This document shows, in pieces, positions 26,579 through 46,700 of a stretch of 64,000 nt of DNA. Position numbers and translations under genes: made by a program. Numbering within the stretch: position 1 is the stretch's first letter; every line of letters begins with the position of its first letter. The notes beneath the pieces are model-generated. The model ran no database searches. It saw nothing but the letters and a program-made list of their open reading frames with translations, and had not been told where the DNA came from. Source of the stretch: the human T2T-CHM13v2.0 reference genome, Homo sapiens; assembly GCF_009914755.1 (NCBI RefSeq), contig NC_060947.1; one strand, written 5' to 3'.

Positions 26579-27035
26579 ATATTCCCTTCAAAATTAACTA
26601 GTATTTCTCAAAGACAGCCAGTAAGCCTACCCAACTTGAGTGATCATGATTTGGATATTACACTGATGGCTGCAATTCTCAACCAGCACTATGTTTTAGG
26701 TGGGCCAATGGGTCTGAGATAGCAGAGGATCTGAACCAGAACAAGTTTGCTTATTTGTGTACTGATAGATTGAAAGTTTCCTCTATCTCCTAATACATAA
26801 ACACTTAGATAATAGTTTTACAGGTGTGAATTAAATAGAACTGGAGTCCAGCAAGCCTCACGAATTTGACAAAATCTGGATTTAGACAAAGGAGCAACTG
26901 GAGAGGTAGAAGAATGGTTGGTAGGCATGACTATAACTAAGCATGAGGGCATGATTAACCAAGACAAAATTCTAGGCTGGCAGATAAGTGGTAGAGTTAG
27001 GGCTGAGAAATCAAAAGGGAGGATTCAGAAGGCCT

Positions 27036-27625
27036 TACATATACATTATCATTTGATCCAGTAATGCCATTTTGGGAAATTTATTTTACAGATACATTTT
27101 CACAAGTGTGAAATGATGCATGTATGAAGTTATCCATTGTAATGAATGTAAAATTTGCTTCTAATAGCAAAAGACTGAAAAAAGACTGCTTCTAATAGCA
27201 AAAGACTGAAAACCTTTGTTCATCAACAAAAATTTGGTTAAATACTATATATACATACTATACTATAATTAGTATGATCATACAAATAAATATTATGAAA
27301 CTACAGAAAAAATATGAAGACATTCTCTGTAATTATGAAAGATCACCAAGACAAATTATTAAGGGAAAACAGAGGACAAACAATATGCTATTTTTTGTTT
27401 AAGAAAGAGAAAGAATAACAACATATATTTATATTTGTTATATTTGGTTATATTTCCATAAATAAAATATATCTGCAAGGTCATAGAAAAAAATTAATAG
27501 AAGTGGCTAATTGTGCAAGTGGAGTGTGGGGAAGAAAAGAAGCAGACAAAGCAGGGGTGGGAATCAGACTTTTTGCTTTATACCTGTTTATATTTGTTGA
27601 TGTTTTAATCATGTGGGATTTTTTT
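27036..27625 (+). mobile_element. Ancient LINE-1 3' end (L1ME-like)
   Basis: catttgatccagtaatgccattttgggaaatttat and ctaatagcaaaagactgaaa (locally duplicated), followed by an L1ME-type 3'UTR. Confidence 0.7.
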
Positions 27626-28180
27626 AACATTGGTTTTTATTGTTAGAAAAGACAGAGTGAGAAGGGAGAGAGATATAATGAGAGACAGAATAAAGAAGCA
27701 GGGCAGCTTGAGGGTTAAGTTCTGGGGCAAGAAGCACAAAGATTCTAATGAAAGCTATTGTAAGTATGACAAATATGCAGAAAAGTGTATGTGGCTTTCC
27801 AGATCCCAGGGTCAGCTGGAAGCCACAGGCTACTCAGCTTCAAATCCAGGACTCATTAAAGTAGGCTCAACTCTTAACAAAGTAATATACTGCGTCCTTA
27901 TCTTCCCAGGACTTGAGCATCCATGTAGGTGTGTAATGTGGGTGGATTTAGGTCATTCTGAATGGGGAAAGCTCCTAGCTGTTCTCTTGGGCCCCTCAGG
28001 TTTCCATTTTCCTGAGACTTCCTTTAGGATTCTCTACCACTAAGCGTGGCATCCAGGTCTTGGCAGAAAGCCTCCAACTCACTCCTGGACAATTAAAGTA
28101 TTTTGGCACTTCAAAATGGACTATGTTCAACCTGGCAGAGTGATCTATTCTGCCTCTATTTGCGTGTGTATGTATGTGCT

Positions 28181-29308
28181 TTTACTTTATTTTATTTTTA
28201 TTTTTTTCCAGCTTTTTTTCCAGCTTTATTAAGATATAATTGACAAAAATATGTATATTTATGGTATACAATGTGATGTTATGTGATATATATGTGTTTG
28301 TATATATAGTGAAATGAGTAAATCAAGGTAATTAACATATTCATCAACTCACATACTTATTTTTTTTGGTGAGAACATTTAAGATCTATTATCTCAGCAA
28401 TTTTCAAGTATACCATGTTATTTTTAACTATAGTCAGTTTGCTGTGTGATAGATCTCCAGAATGTATTCTTTCCATGTAACTGAAATATTATATACTTTG
28501 ACTAACATCTCCCCATTTCACCACACCCCCACCATATCCACCTCCTGCCAACCACCACTCTACTGTCTGCTTCTATGAATTCAACTTTTTTAGATTCCAC
28601 ATGTAAGTGAGATTATACAATATTTGTCTGATTTATTTTATTTATTTATTTATTATTTTATTTACTTATTTATTTATTCCCGTGTCTGATTTATTTTACC
28701 CAACATAATATCCTCCAGGTTCATTCATGCTGTTACAGATAACAGGATTTCATTCTTTATTAAATTTGGATAGTATTCCATTGTGTATATATACCATATT
28801 TTAAAAATCCATTCATCTGTTGATGGACACTTAGGTTGATCCTGCAGTAAACATGGGAGTGTAGACATCTCTTCAACATCTTAATTTCAATTCCTTTGGA
28901 TATATACCCAGAAGTAGGGTTGCTTCATAATGTTCTTGCCTGGCTTTGGTTTCAGGGTAATACTGGCCTAGTAAAAAAGGTTTGGAAGCGTTCCCTCCTC
29001 TTCAGGTTTTTGGAAGAGTTTGAGAAGTATGGGTATTAATTCTTCTTTAAATATTTGGTAGAATTCACCAATAAAGCCACTTGGTCCTGGGCTTTTCTTT
29101 TTTGGGAGGTATTTGAACAGATTCAATCTCTTTACTCATTATTGTTCTGTACAGATTGCCTATTTCTTCATGATTCAAGCCTGGTAGGTTGTAAATAAAA
29201 TTATAAATGAAAGAGGACACGTTACAATTGATACCACAGAAATACAAAGGGTCATAACAGACCACTATGAATAATTATATACCAAATTGGATAAACTAAG
29301 AGAAATGG
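28181..29308 (-). mobile_element. L1MA (L1MA8/9-like) 3' end plus ORF2 piece with a 5' inversion (29192-29308 on +)
   Basis: 3'UTR ctttattaagatataattgacaaaaat. Antisense ORF2 at 28930-29193, then sense ORF2 aaatgaaagaggacacgttacaattgataccacagaaatac. Confidence 0.8.
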
Positions 29309-29730
29309 TTTTTGAAATAACATTTTATTGATATATAATTCACATACCATAAAGTTCACCTTTTTAAGGTGTAACATTCGATACTTTTTTTGTATACTCA
29401 CAGAGTTCTGTGACCACAATCAATTTGAGAATATGTTCATCAACCCAAAATGAAACACTGTATCAAGTACTCACTATGTCTCCCTGAGACTTTCTCCACA
29501 AGCCCAGAACTTGGCAATCACTAATTAACTTTTTGCCGTTATAGATTTGTTTATTCTGGAAATTTTGTATAAATGGAATTCTACAATATACAGCTTTTCA
29601 GGACTGATTTGAACATTCATATAATTTTTCTATAGAAATATAATTTACATATCATCAAATTTACCCTCTTAAAGTAAAAGATTGATCGTTTTTAGTATAT
29701 GTATGAAATTGTACAACCATCATCGCTTTC
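29309..29730 (-). mobile_element. Two adjacent L1MB-like 3'-end fragments
   Basis: ttattgatatataattcacataccataaagttcacc at about 29325 and gaaatataatttacatatcatcaaatttaccc at about 29635. Confidence 0.7.
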
Positions 29731-29734
29731 TCTT

Positions 29735-30480
29735 GTTTTTTTTTTTTTTTTACTTTTAGGTTAAGGGGTACACGTGCAGGTTTTTTATATAGGTAAGTTG
29801 AGTGTAACAGTTGGTGTACACATTATTTCATCACTCAGATAATAACCATAGTGCCTGGTAGTTTTTCAAGGCTCTCCATCCTCCCACCTTCCACCTTCAA
29901 GTACACATGTATCCATGTGTATTCAAAGTTTAGCTACCACTTATAAATGAGAACATGCAGTATTTGGTTTTATGTCCCTGCATTATCGTTCACTTAGGAC
30001 AATAACTTCTAGCTCCATCCATGTTGCTGCAAAAGACATTGTATTAATTTGTTCTCACACTGCTCATAAAGACATACCCAAGACTGGATAGTTTATAAAG
30101 GAAAGAGGTTTAATTAAGTCACAGTTCAGCATGGAAGGGAAGGCCTCAGGAAACTTACAATCATTGGGGCAGGGAGAGTGAACACATCCTTCTTCACATG
30201 GTAGCAGGAAGGAAAATGAATGCTGAGCAAAGGTGCAAAAGCCCCTTATAAAACAATCAGACCTCATATGAACTCACTATCACAAGAACGGTAGCGGGGG
30301 ATTACCGCTCCCATGATTCAATTACCTCCCATCAGGTTTCTCCCAGGACACATGGGGATTATGGAAACCACAATTCAAGATGAAATTTGGGTGAGAACAC
30401 AGCCAAACCATGTCAGACATGATCTCATTTTTTTCGTGGCTGTATAGTATTCCATGGTATATATGTACCATATTTTCCTT
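29735..30480 (-). mobile_element. L1PA15/16-like 3' end, interrupted by a THE1 LTR
   Basis: Poly-T tail, then ggggtacacgtgcaggttttttatataggtaag. The L1 sequence aaaagacat continues as gatctcatttttt after the LTR. Confidence 0.82.
30040..30415 (-). mobile_element. THE1 (THE1C-like) solo LTR
   Basis: tgtattaatttgttctcacactgct...cacagccaaaccatgtca. Perfect 5-bp TSD gacat at 30035-30039 and 30416-30420. Confidence 0.95.
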
Positions 30481-31785
30481 TTATTTATTTATTTTTAATT
30501 GTGAGTACATAGTAGGTGTATAAATTTATGAGGTATATGAGATATTTTGGTATAGGCATGCAATGTGAAATAAGCACATCACAGAAAATGGGGTATCCAT
30601 CCTTTCAAGTATTTGTCCATTGAGTTACAAACAATTCAATTACACTCTTTATTTTAAAATGTACAACTATTATTGCCTACAGTCACCTAGTTGTGCTATC
30701 AAATAGTAGGTCTTATTTATTTTTTTAACTATTTTTTGTACCCATTAACTATCCCTGCCTTCCCCCCTTTGGCCTCCCACTATATTTCTGAGACTCTGGT
30801 AACCATCCTTCTATTATCTATGTCCATTAGTTCAGTGGTTTTGAGCCTTAGGTCCCACAAATAAGTAAGAACATGTGATGTTTGTCTTTCTGGGCCTGGA
30901 TTATTTCACTTAACAAAATGATCTCCAGTTCCATCCATGCTGTTGCAAATAAATGAATTCCATTCTTTTTATGGCTAAATAGTGCTCCATTGTGTACACA
31001 TAACATATTTTCCTTATCCATTAATCAGTTGATGAACACTTAGCTTGCTTCGAAATATTACCTATTGTAAACAGTGCTACAACAAACATAAGAGTGCAGA
31101 TATCTCTTCAATATAATAATTTCCTTTCTTTTGGGCATATACCAGGCAGTGGAATTGCTGGATCATATGGTAACTCAGTATTTAGTGTTTTGAAGAGCCT
31201 CCAAACTGTTCTCCAGAGTGATTGTATTAATTGATATTTCCACCAGTAGGGTACAAGGGTTCTCCTTTTTTCACGTTATCGCCAGCATGTTATTGCCTGT
31301 CTTTTGAATATAAGCCATTTTAACTGGTGTAAAATGGTATCTCATTGTACTTCGATTTGCATTACTCTGATGATCAATGACGTTGAGCACATTTTCATAT
31401 GTCTATTTACCATTTACATGCCTTCTTTTAAGAAAGGTCTATTCAAATCTTTAAGCCATTTTTTGATAAGATTATTACATTTTTTTTCCAATAGAGCCAT
31501 TTAAGCTCCTTATATATTCTGGTTATGAATACCTTGTCAAATGGGTAGTTTGCAAATATTTTCTCTCATTCTGTCAAGTGTCTATTCACTTTGTTGACTG
31601 TATTCCTTACTATGCAGAAGCTTTATAACTTGGTGTGATCCAATTTGTCCATTTTTTGTTTAGTTTACTTGTGCTTGTGGGGTATTGTTTAAGACATTTT
31701 TACCCTGACAAATGTTGTGAAAATTAGTATATTGAAGAGATATCTGCACTCTTATGTTTGTTGTAGCACGTTTACAATAGGTAAT

Positions 31786-34700
31786 GTTGCTGGCCTCATA
31801 AAATGAGTTAGGGAGGATTCCCTCTTTTTCTATTGATTGGAATAGTTTCAGAAGGAATGGTACCAGCTCCTCTTTGCACCTCCGGTAGAATTCGGCTGTG
31901 AATCCATCTGGTCCTGGACTATTTTTGGTTGTTAGGCTATTAATTATTACCTCAATTTCAGAGCCAGTTATTGGTCTATTCAGAGATTCAACTTCTTCCT
32001 GGTTTATTCTTGGGAGGGTGTATGTGTCCAGGAATTTATCCATTTCTACTAGATTTTCTAGTTTATTGTGGGATTGATGGTGATATCCTCTTTACTATTT
32101 TTTATTGAGTCTATTTGATTCTTCTCTTTTTTATCCTTTATTAATCTTGCTACTGGTCTATCAATTTTGTTGATCTTTTCAAAGAAACAGCTCCTGGATT
32201 CATTGATTTTTTTGAGGGATTTTTTTGTGTCTCTATCTTCTTCAGTTCTGTTCTGATCTTAGTTATTTCTTGCCTTCTGCTAACTTTTGAATGCGTTTGC
32301 TCTTGCTTCTCTAGTTCTTTTAATTGTGATGTTAGGGTGTCAATTTTAGATCTTTCCTGCTTTCTCTTGTGGGCATTTAGTGCTATAAATTTCCCTCTAC
32401 ACACTGCTTTGAATGTGTCCCAGAGATTCAGGTATGTTGTGTCTTTGTTCTCCTTGGCTTCAAAGAACATCTTTTTCTCTGCCTTCATTTCATTATTTAC
32501 CCAGTAGTCATTCAGCAGCAGGTTGTTCAGTTTCCATGTAGTTGTGTGGTTTTGAGTGAGTTTCTTAATCCTGAGTTCTAATTTGATTGCACTGTGGTCT
32601 GAACATCAGTTTGTCGTGATTTCTGTTCTTTTACATTTGCTGAGGAGTGCTTTACTTCCAATTACATAGTCAATTTTAGAATAAGTGTGATGTGGTGCTG
32701 AGAAGAATGCATAATCTGTTGATTTGGGGTGGAGAGTTCTGTAGATGGTTAGGTCTGCTTAGTGCAGAGCTGAGTTCAAGTCCTGGATATGTTTGTTAAC
32801 CTTCTCTCTCGTTGCCCTGTCTAATATTGACAGTGGGGAGTTAAAGTCTCCCATCATTATTGTCTACAAGTCTAAGTCTCTTTGTAGGTCTCTAAGGACT
32901 TGCTTTATGAATCTGGGTGCTCCTGTATTGGGTGCATAAATATTTAGGATAGTTAGCCCTTCTTGTTGAATTGATCCCTTTACCATTATGTAATGGCCTT
33001 CTTTGTCTCTTTTGATCTTTGTTTGTTCTGTTTTATCAGAGACTAGGATTGCAACCCCTGCTTTTTTTTTTTTCTCTCCATTTGCTTGGTAGATCTTCCT
33101 CCATCCCTTTATTTTGAGCCTATGTGTGTCTCTGCAAGTGAGATGGGTTTCCTGAATACAGCACACTCATGGGTCTTGACTCTTTATCCAATTTGCCAGT
33201 CTGTGACTTTTAATTGGGGCATTTAGCCCATTTACATTTAAGGTTAATACTCTTATGTGTGAATTTTGTCCTGTCATTATGATGTTAGCTCATTATTTTG
33301 CTCTTTAGTTGATGCAGTTTCTTCCTAGCCTCGATGGTCTTTAAAATTGGCATGTTTTTGCAGTGACTGGTACCAGTTGTTCCTTTCCATGTTAGTGCTT
33401 CCTTCAGGAGCTCTTGTAGGGCAGGCCTGGTGGGGACAAAATCTCTCAGCATTTGCTTGCCTGTAAAGGATTTTATTTCCCTTTCACTTATGAAGCTTAG
33501 TTTGGCTGGATATGCAATTCTGGGTTGAAAATTCTTTTCTCTAAGAATGTTGAATATTGGCCCCCACTCTCTTCTGGCTTGTAGTGTTTCTGCAAAGAGA
33601 TCCACTGTTAGTCTGATGGGCTTCCCTTTGTGGGTCACCTGACCTTTCTCTCTGACTACCCTTGACATTATTTCCTTCATTTCATCCTTGGTGAAGGTGA
33701 TGATTATGTGTCTTTGTGTTGCTCTTCTCGATGAGCAACTTTGTTATGTTCTCTGTATTTCCTGAATTTGAATGTTTGCCTGCCTTGCTAGGTTGGGGAA
33801 GTTTTCTTGGATAATATCCTGAAGTGTGTTTTCCAACTTGGTTCCATTCTCTCCTCACTTTCAGGTACACCAATCAAACATATATTTTGTCTTTTCACAT
33901 AGTCTCATATTTCTTGGAGGCTTTGTTCATTTCTTTTTATTGTTTTTTCTCTAATCTTGTGTTCTCACCTTGTTTCATTAATTTGATATTCAATCACTGA
34001 TATCCTTTCTTCCACTTGATTGAATCAGCTATTGAAGCTTGTGCATGTGTCACAAAGTCCTCATGCCATGGTTTTCAGCTCCATCAGGTCATTTAAGGTG
34101 TTCTCTACATTGTGTATCCCAGTTAGCCATTCATCTAACCCTTTTTCAAGGTTTTAGCTTCCTTGTGATGGGTTAGAACATGCTCCTTTAGCTCAGAAGT
34201 TTGTTATTACCAACCTTCTGAAGCCTACTTCTATCAACTTGTCAAGGTCATTCTCCATCCAGCTTTGTTCCATTGCTGGTGAGGAGCTGCAATCCTTTGG
34301 AGGAGAAGAGGCGCTCTGATTTTTAGAACTGTCAGGTTTTCTGCTCTGGTTTCTTCCCATCTTTGTGGTTTTATCTACTTTTGGTCTTTGATGGTGACCT
34401 ACAGATGTTGTTTTCATGTGGATGTCCTTTTTGTTGATGTTGATGCTATTCCTTTCTGTTTGTTAGTGTTCCTTCTAACAGTCAGTTCCCTCAACTGCAG
34501 ATCTGTGAGAGTTTGCTGGAGGTCCACTCCAGATGCTGTTTGCCTGTGTATTACCAGAGGAGGCTGCAGAACAGCAAATATTGCTGCCTGATTCTTCCTC
34601 TGGTGGCTTTGTCCTGGAGGGTCACCCACCAGTATGAGGTGTCTGTCGGCCCCTACTGGCAGGTGTCTCCCAGTTAGGTTGCATGGGGGTCAGGGACCCA

Positions 34701-35375
34701 CCTGAGGAGGCACTCCGTCCATTCTCAGCACTTAAACACCATGCTGGGAGAACCACTGCTCTCTTCAGAGCTGTCAGACAGGGACGTTTAAGTCTGCAGA
34801 AGTTCCTGCTGCCTTTTGTTCAGCTATGCCCTGCCCATCGAGGTGGAGTCTATAGAGGCAGTAGACTTTGCTGAGTTGCATTGTGCTCTGCCCAGTTTGA
34901 GCTTCCCGGAAGCTTTGTTTACCTATTCAAGCCTCAGCAATGGCAGACGCCCTTCCCCCCACGAGGCCGCAGTCTTGCAGGTCAAACTCAGACTGCTGCA
35001 CTAGCAGTGAGCAAGTCTCTGTGGGTGTGGGACCCACTGAGTCAGGCAAAGGAGAGAATCCTCTGGTCTGCCAGTTGTTAAGACTGTGGGAAAATCACCA
35101 TATTTGGGTGGGAGTTTCCCATTTTTCCAGACAGTCTGTCTCAGCTTCCCTTGGCTGGGAAAATGAAATCTTCAGACCCCTTTCACTTCCCAGGTGCGGA
35201 GACACCCTACCCTGCTTTGGCTCACCCTTCGTGGGCTACACCCACTGTCCAACCAGTCCCAGTGAGATGAACCAGGTACCTCAGTTGGAAATGCAGAAAT
35301 CACCCATTTTCTGCGTTGATCACGCTGAGAGCTGCATACCAGAGCTGTCCCTATTTAGACATTTTGGAACTGCCT
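31786..35375 (-). mobile_element. L1PA7-like element: 5'UTR, ORF1 and ORF2 up to just before RT; 3' half missing
   Basis: ORF1 MGRNQSRKPDSSKNQSASSPPKD...EVGFRRLVITNF. EN CCIQETHL. Stops at [10 protein letters not shown]. Confidence 0.9.
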
Positions 35376-35642
35376 CCTACATTGATACCTCTTCTTATAG
35401 TTTTTATGTTGAAATCTATTCTGTCTAAGTACAGCGATCTTTTTCTTTCTTTTTTTTTTTTTGGTTTCCATCAACATGGGATGTCTTTTTCTATTTTTAA
35501 ATTTTCAGTCTATGTGTGTGTTTACAGGTGAAATGTCTTTCTTGTAGTCAACAGATCAATGAGTCTTGATTTTTTCATCCATTTAGACAGTTTATGTCTT
35601 TTGTTTGGAGAGTTTAGTCCATTTATATTCAATGCTATTATT

Positions 35643-41800
<6,158 letters not shown>

Positions 41801-42091
41801 TCAATGTGATTATTGATAAAACTTACTCCTGCCATTTTTTATTAGTTTTCTGATTGTGATGTGGTTTTGTTTTCTTATTTCTTTCCTTCCTGTCTTTTTT
41901 ATTGAATATAATTTTCTCTGGTAATATGATACAATTCCTTGCTTTTTATTTTGGTGTACATTGTATGTTTTTTGTTTGAGGTTACCCTGAGGATTGCAAA
42001 TACTTTATTATAATCCATTGTTTCAACCTGATAACAACAAAACTGTTTGTAAAAACAAGCAAAAAGAAAACTAATAAAAACTCAATGCCTT

Positions 42092-43490
42092 TACAGTAAC
42101 CAAAACAGCTTGCTACTGGTACCAAAACAGAGATATAGACCAATGGAACAGAATAGAGCCCCTGGAAATAATACCACCCATCTACAACAATCTGATCTTT
42201 GACAAACCAGACACAAACAAGAAATGGGGAAAGGATTCCCTATTTAATAAATGGTCCTGGGTAATCTGGCTAGCCATATGTAGAATGCTGAAACTGGATC
42301 CCTTCCTTACACCTTATACAAAAATTAATTCAAGATGGATTAAAGACTTAACTCTTAGACCTATAACCATAAAAGCCCTAGAAGAAAACCTAGGCAATAC
42401 CATTCAGGACATAGGCATGGGCAAGGTCTTCATTACTAAAACACCAAGAGCAATGAATGACAACAAAAGCCAAAATTGATGAATGGGACCTAATTAAACT
42501 AAAAGGCTTCTGCACAGCAAAATAAACTGTCATCAGAGTGAATAGGCAACCTACAGAATGGGAGAAAATTTTTGCAATCTACTCATCTGAAAAAGGGCTA
42601 ATATCCAGAATCTACAAAGAACTTAAAGAAATTTACAAGAAAAAAACAAACAACCCCATCAGAAAGTGGGTGAACGATATGAACAGACACTTCTCAAAGG
42701 AAGACATTTATGCCGCCAAAAAACACATGAAAAAATGCTCATCATCACTGGCCATCAGAGAAATGCAAATCAAAACCACAATGTGATACCATCTCACACC
42801 AGTTACAATTGTGATCCTTATAAAGTCAGGAAACAACAGGTGCTGGAGAGGGTGTGGAGAAATAGGAACACTTTTACACTGTTGGTGGGACTGTAAACTA
42901 GTTCAACCATTGTGGAAAACAGTGTGGTGATTCCTCAGGGTTGTAGAACTAGAAATACCATTTGACCCAGCAATCCCATTACTGGGCATATACCCAAAGG
43001 ATTATAAATCATGCTTCTATAAAGACACATGCACACGTATGTTTATTTCAGCACTATTCACAATAGCAAAGACCTGTAACCAACCCAAATGTCCATCAAT
43101 GATAGACTGGATTAAGAAAATGTGGCACATATGCACCATGGAATATTATGCCTCCATAAAAAAGGATGAGTTCATGTCCTTTGTAGGGACATGGATGAAG
43201 CCAGAGACCGTCATTCTGAGCACACTATTGCAAGGACAGAAAACCAAACACAGCATATTCTCACTCATAGGTGGGAGTTGATCAATGAGAACACTTGGAC
43301 ACAGGGTGGGGAACGTCACACACTGGGGCCTGTCATGGGGTGAGGGGAGGGAAGAGGGATAGCATTAGGAGATATACCTAATATAAATGACGAGTTAATG
43401 GGTGCAGCACACCAACATGGCACATGTATGCATGTGTAACAAACCTGCATGTTGTGCACATGTACCCTACAAGTTAAAGTATAATTAAAA
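42092..43490 (+). mobile_element. 5'-truncated L1PA5-like element (1.4 kb)
   Basis: ORF2 C-terminus, 3'UTR and A tail. TSD aaaaactcaatgcctt (42076-42091) / aaaaactcagtgcctt (43491-43506). Confidence 0.95.
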
Positions 43491-43716
43491 AAAAACTCAG
43501 TGCCTTAACTTTCTCCCCCAGCTTTTTACCTTTTTGTTTTTTCTATTTATATTTAATTATACTACTATGTTTTGAAAACTTGTTGTAGTTATTATTTTTG
43601 ATTGGCTCATCATTTAATCTTTTTACTTAGGATTTAATCTTTTTACTTAGGATAAAGGCAGTTTACACACCACTGGTTTAGTGTTATAATATGCTGTGTT
43701 TTTCTGTGTACTAACT

Positions 43717-46700
43717 ATTTTTTTAAAGTTTTATTTGAAGTCCTGGGGTACATGTGCAGGATGTGAAGGTTTGTTTTATAGGTAAACGTGTGCAATGGTA
43801 GTTTGCTGCATAGATGAATCCATCACCTAGGTATTAAGTTCAGCATCAATTAGCTATTCTTTTTGATGTTCTTCCTCTCCCCACTTCCTCCTGACAGGCC
43901 CCAGTGTGTGTTCTTTTCCCATATATCTGTGTGTTATCATTCAGTTCCCACTCATAAGTGAAAACGTATGGTGTTTGGTTTTCTGTTCCCATGTTAGTTT
44001 GCAGAGAATAACAGCTTCCAGCTCCATATATGTCCACACAAATGACCTAATCTCATTCCTTTTTATTGCTGTGTTGTATTCTATGCTGTATATATACCAT
44101 ATTTTTAAAATTCATTCTAACATTGATGGGCATTTGGGTGAATTCCATGTCTTTGCTATTGTGAATAGGGCTTCAATGAACACACACATGCATGTATGTT
44201 TGTAATAGAATAACCTATATTCCTTTGGGTATATATTCAGTAATGGGATTGCTGAGTCCATTGTATTTCTGACTCTAGGTCTTTGAGGAATCACCACACT
44301 GTCTTTCACAACGGTTGAACTAATTTACACTTCCACCAATAGTTTAAGAGCATTTTTTTCTCTGCAACCTGGCCAGCATCTGTTGTTTTTTGACATTTAA
44401 TAATTGCCATTCTGACTGGTGTGAGATGGTATCTCATTGTGCTTTTGAGTTGCATTTCTCTAATAATTGGTGATGCTTAACTTGTTTTATATGTTTTTTG
44501 GCTGCATGTATGCCTTTTATTGAAAAGTGTCTGTTCATTTTCTTTGCCCACTTTTTAGTGGGGTTGTTTGTTTTTTTCTAGTAGATTTGTTTAAGTTCCT
44601 TGTAGATTCCGGATATTAGATCTTTGTCAGATGGATAGGTTGCAAATTTTTTCTCCTATTCTGTAGGTGGTCTGTTCACTTTGATGATAGTTTCTTTTGC
44701 TGTGCAGAGCTCTTTAATTTAATTAGATTCTATCTGTCGATTTTCATTTCTGTTGCAATTGATTTTGACATTTACATCATGAAATATTTACCCATGTTTA
44801 TGTCCTGAATGGTATTGCCCAGATTCTCTTTTTGGCTTTTTATAGTTTCGGGTTTTACATTTAAGTCTTTCATCTATCATGAGTTAATTTTTGTATAAGA
44901 TGTAAAGAAGGAGCCCAGTTTCAATTTTCTACATTTGGCTAGTCATTTCTTCTAGCCCCATTTATTAAATAGAATATCTTTTCCCAATAGCTTGTTTTTG
45001 TCAGGTTTGTCAAAGATCAGATGGTTGTAGGTGTGCAGTTTTATTTCTTATTTTTCTGTTCTGTTCTATTAATCTATGTATCTGTTTTTGTACCAGTACC
45101 ATGCTGTTTTGCTTACTGTAGCCTTGTAGTATAGTTAGAAGTCGGGTAGTGTGATGCCTCTAGCTGTGTTCTGTTTGCTTAGGACTGTCCTGGTTATTCG
45201 TGCTCTTTTTTGGTTCCATATGAATTTTGAAATAGTTTTCTCTAATTCTATGAAGAATATCAGTGGTAGTTTAGTGGGAATAGCATTGAATTTATAAATT
45301 ACTTTGGGCAGTATGGCCATTTTTATAATACTGATACTTTTTATCCATGAGCATGAAATGTTTTTCCATTTCTTTGTGTCCTCTCTGATTTCCTTGAGCA
45401 ATGGTTTCTAATTCTCCTTGAAGAGGTCCTTCATTTTCTTGTTAGCTGTATTCATAGGTATTTTATTCTCTTTGTAGCAATTGTGGATGGGAGTTCATTC
45501 ATGATTTGGCTCTCTGCTTGATTGTTTGCTGTTGATGTTTAGAAATTCTTGTAATTTTTGCACATTGATTTTTATCTTGAGACTTTGCTGAAGTTTTTTG
45601 TCAGCTTAAGAAGTTTTTGGGCTAAGACTATGGGATTTTCTAGATATAGAATTATGTCATATGCAAATAAAGATAATTTGACTTTCTTCCTTTTTATTTG
45701 AATATCCTTTATTTCTTTCTCTTGCCTGATTGCCCTGGCCAGAAATTCAAATACTGTTGAATAGGAGTGGTGGTAGAGGACAGTCTTGTCTTGTGCTGGT
45801 TTTCAAGGGGCATGCTTCCAACTTTTGCCCATTCAGTATAATATTGGCTGTGGAATTGTCACATATGGCTTTTATTATTTTGAGATATGTTTCTTCACAA
45901 CCTAGTTTATTGAGAGTTTTTTTTTTTCACATGAAGGGATGTTGAATTTTATCAATGGTCTTTTCTGCATCTATTGAGGTAATCATGTGGTTTTTGTCTT
46001 TAGTTCTGTTTATGTCATGAATTACATTAATTGATTTGCATATGTTGAACCAATTTTGCATGTTGGGAATTAAGCCAAGTTTATCGTGGTTGACATGTTT
46101 TTTGATGTGATGCTGGACTTGGTTTTCCAGTATTTTATTGAAGATTTTTGTGCCAATGTTCATCAGGGATATTGGCCTGAAGTTTTTTTTTTTTTTTTTG
46201 TATCTGCTAAGTTTTGGTATCAGGATAATGCTGGCCTCATAAAGTGATTTAGGGAGGAGTCCCTCCTTTTCAATTGCTTGGAATAGTTTCAGTAGAAATG
46301 TTACCATCTCTTCTTTGTACATCTTGTAGGACTCAGCTGTAAATCCGTCTGGTCCTGCATTTTTTTGTTTGTTTGTTTGTTAGGCTATTTATTACCACTT
46401 CAGTTTCAGAACTTGTTATTGATTTATTCAGGAATTCAGTTTCTTCATGATTCAGTCTTGGGAGGGTATATGTATCCAGTAATTTATTAATTTCTTCCTG
46501 GATTTTCTGGCTTATGTGCATAGAAGTGTTTATAGTATTTTCTGATGATTGTTTATGTATTTCTGTGGAGTCAGTGATAATATTCCCCTTATCATTTCTG
46601 ATTGTGTCTATTTGATTCTTCTCTTTTTTCTTCTTTATTAGCATAGCTAGCTGTCTATCTATTTTATGAATTTTTTTTCAAAATACTAGCTCCTGTATTG

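Noticed and set aside
27630-28043. 137-aa ORF
   Set aside because: It has a non-ATG start, a low-complexity purine-rich N-terminus, and no recognisable motif or exon structure.
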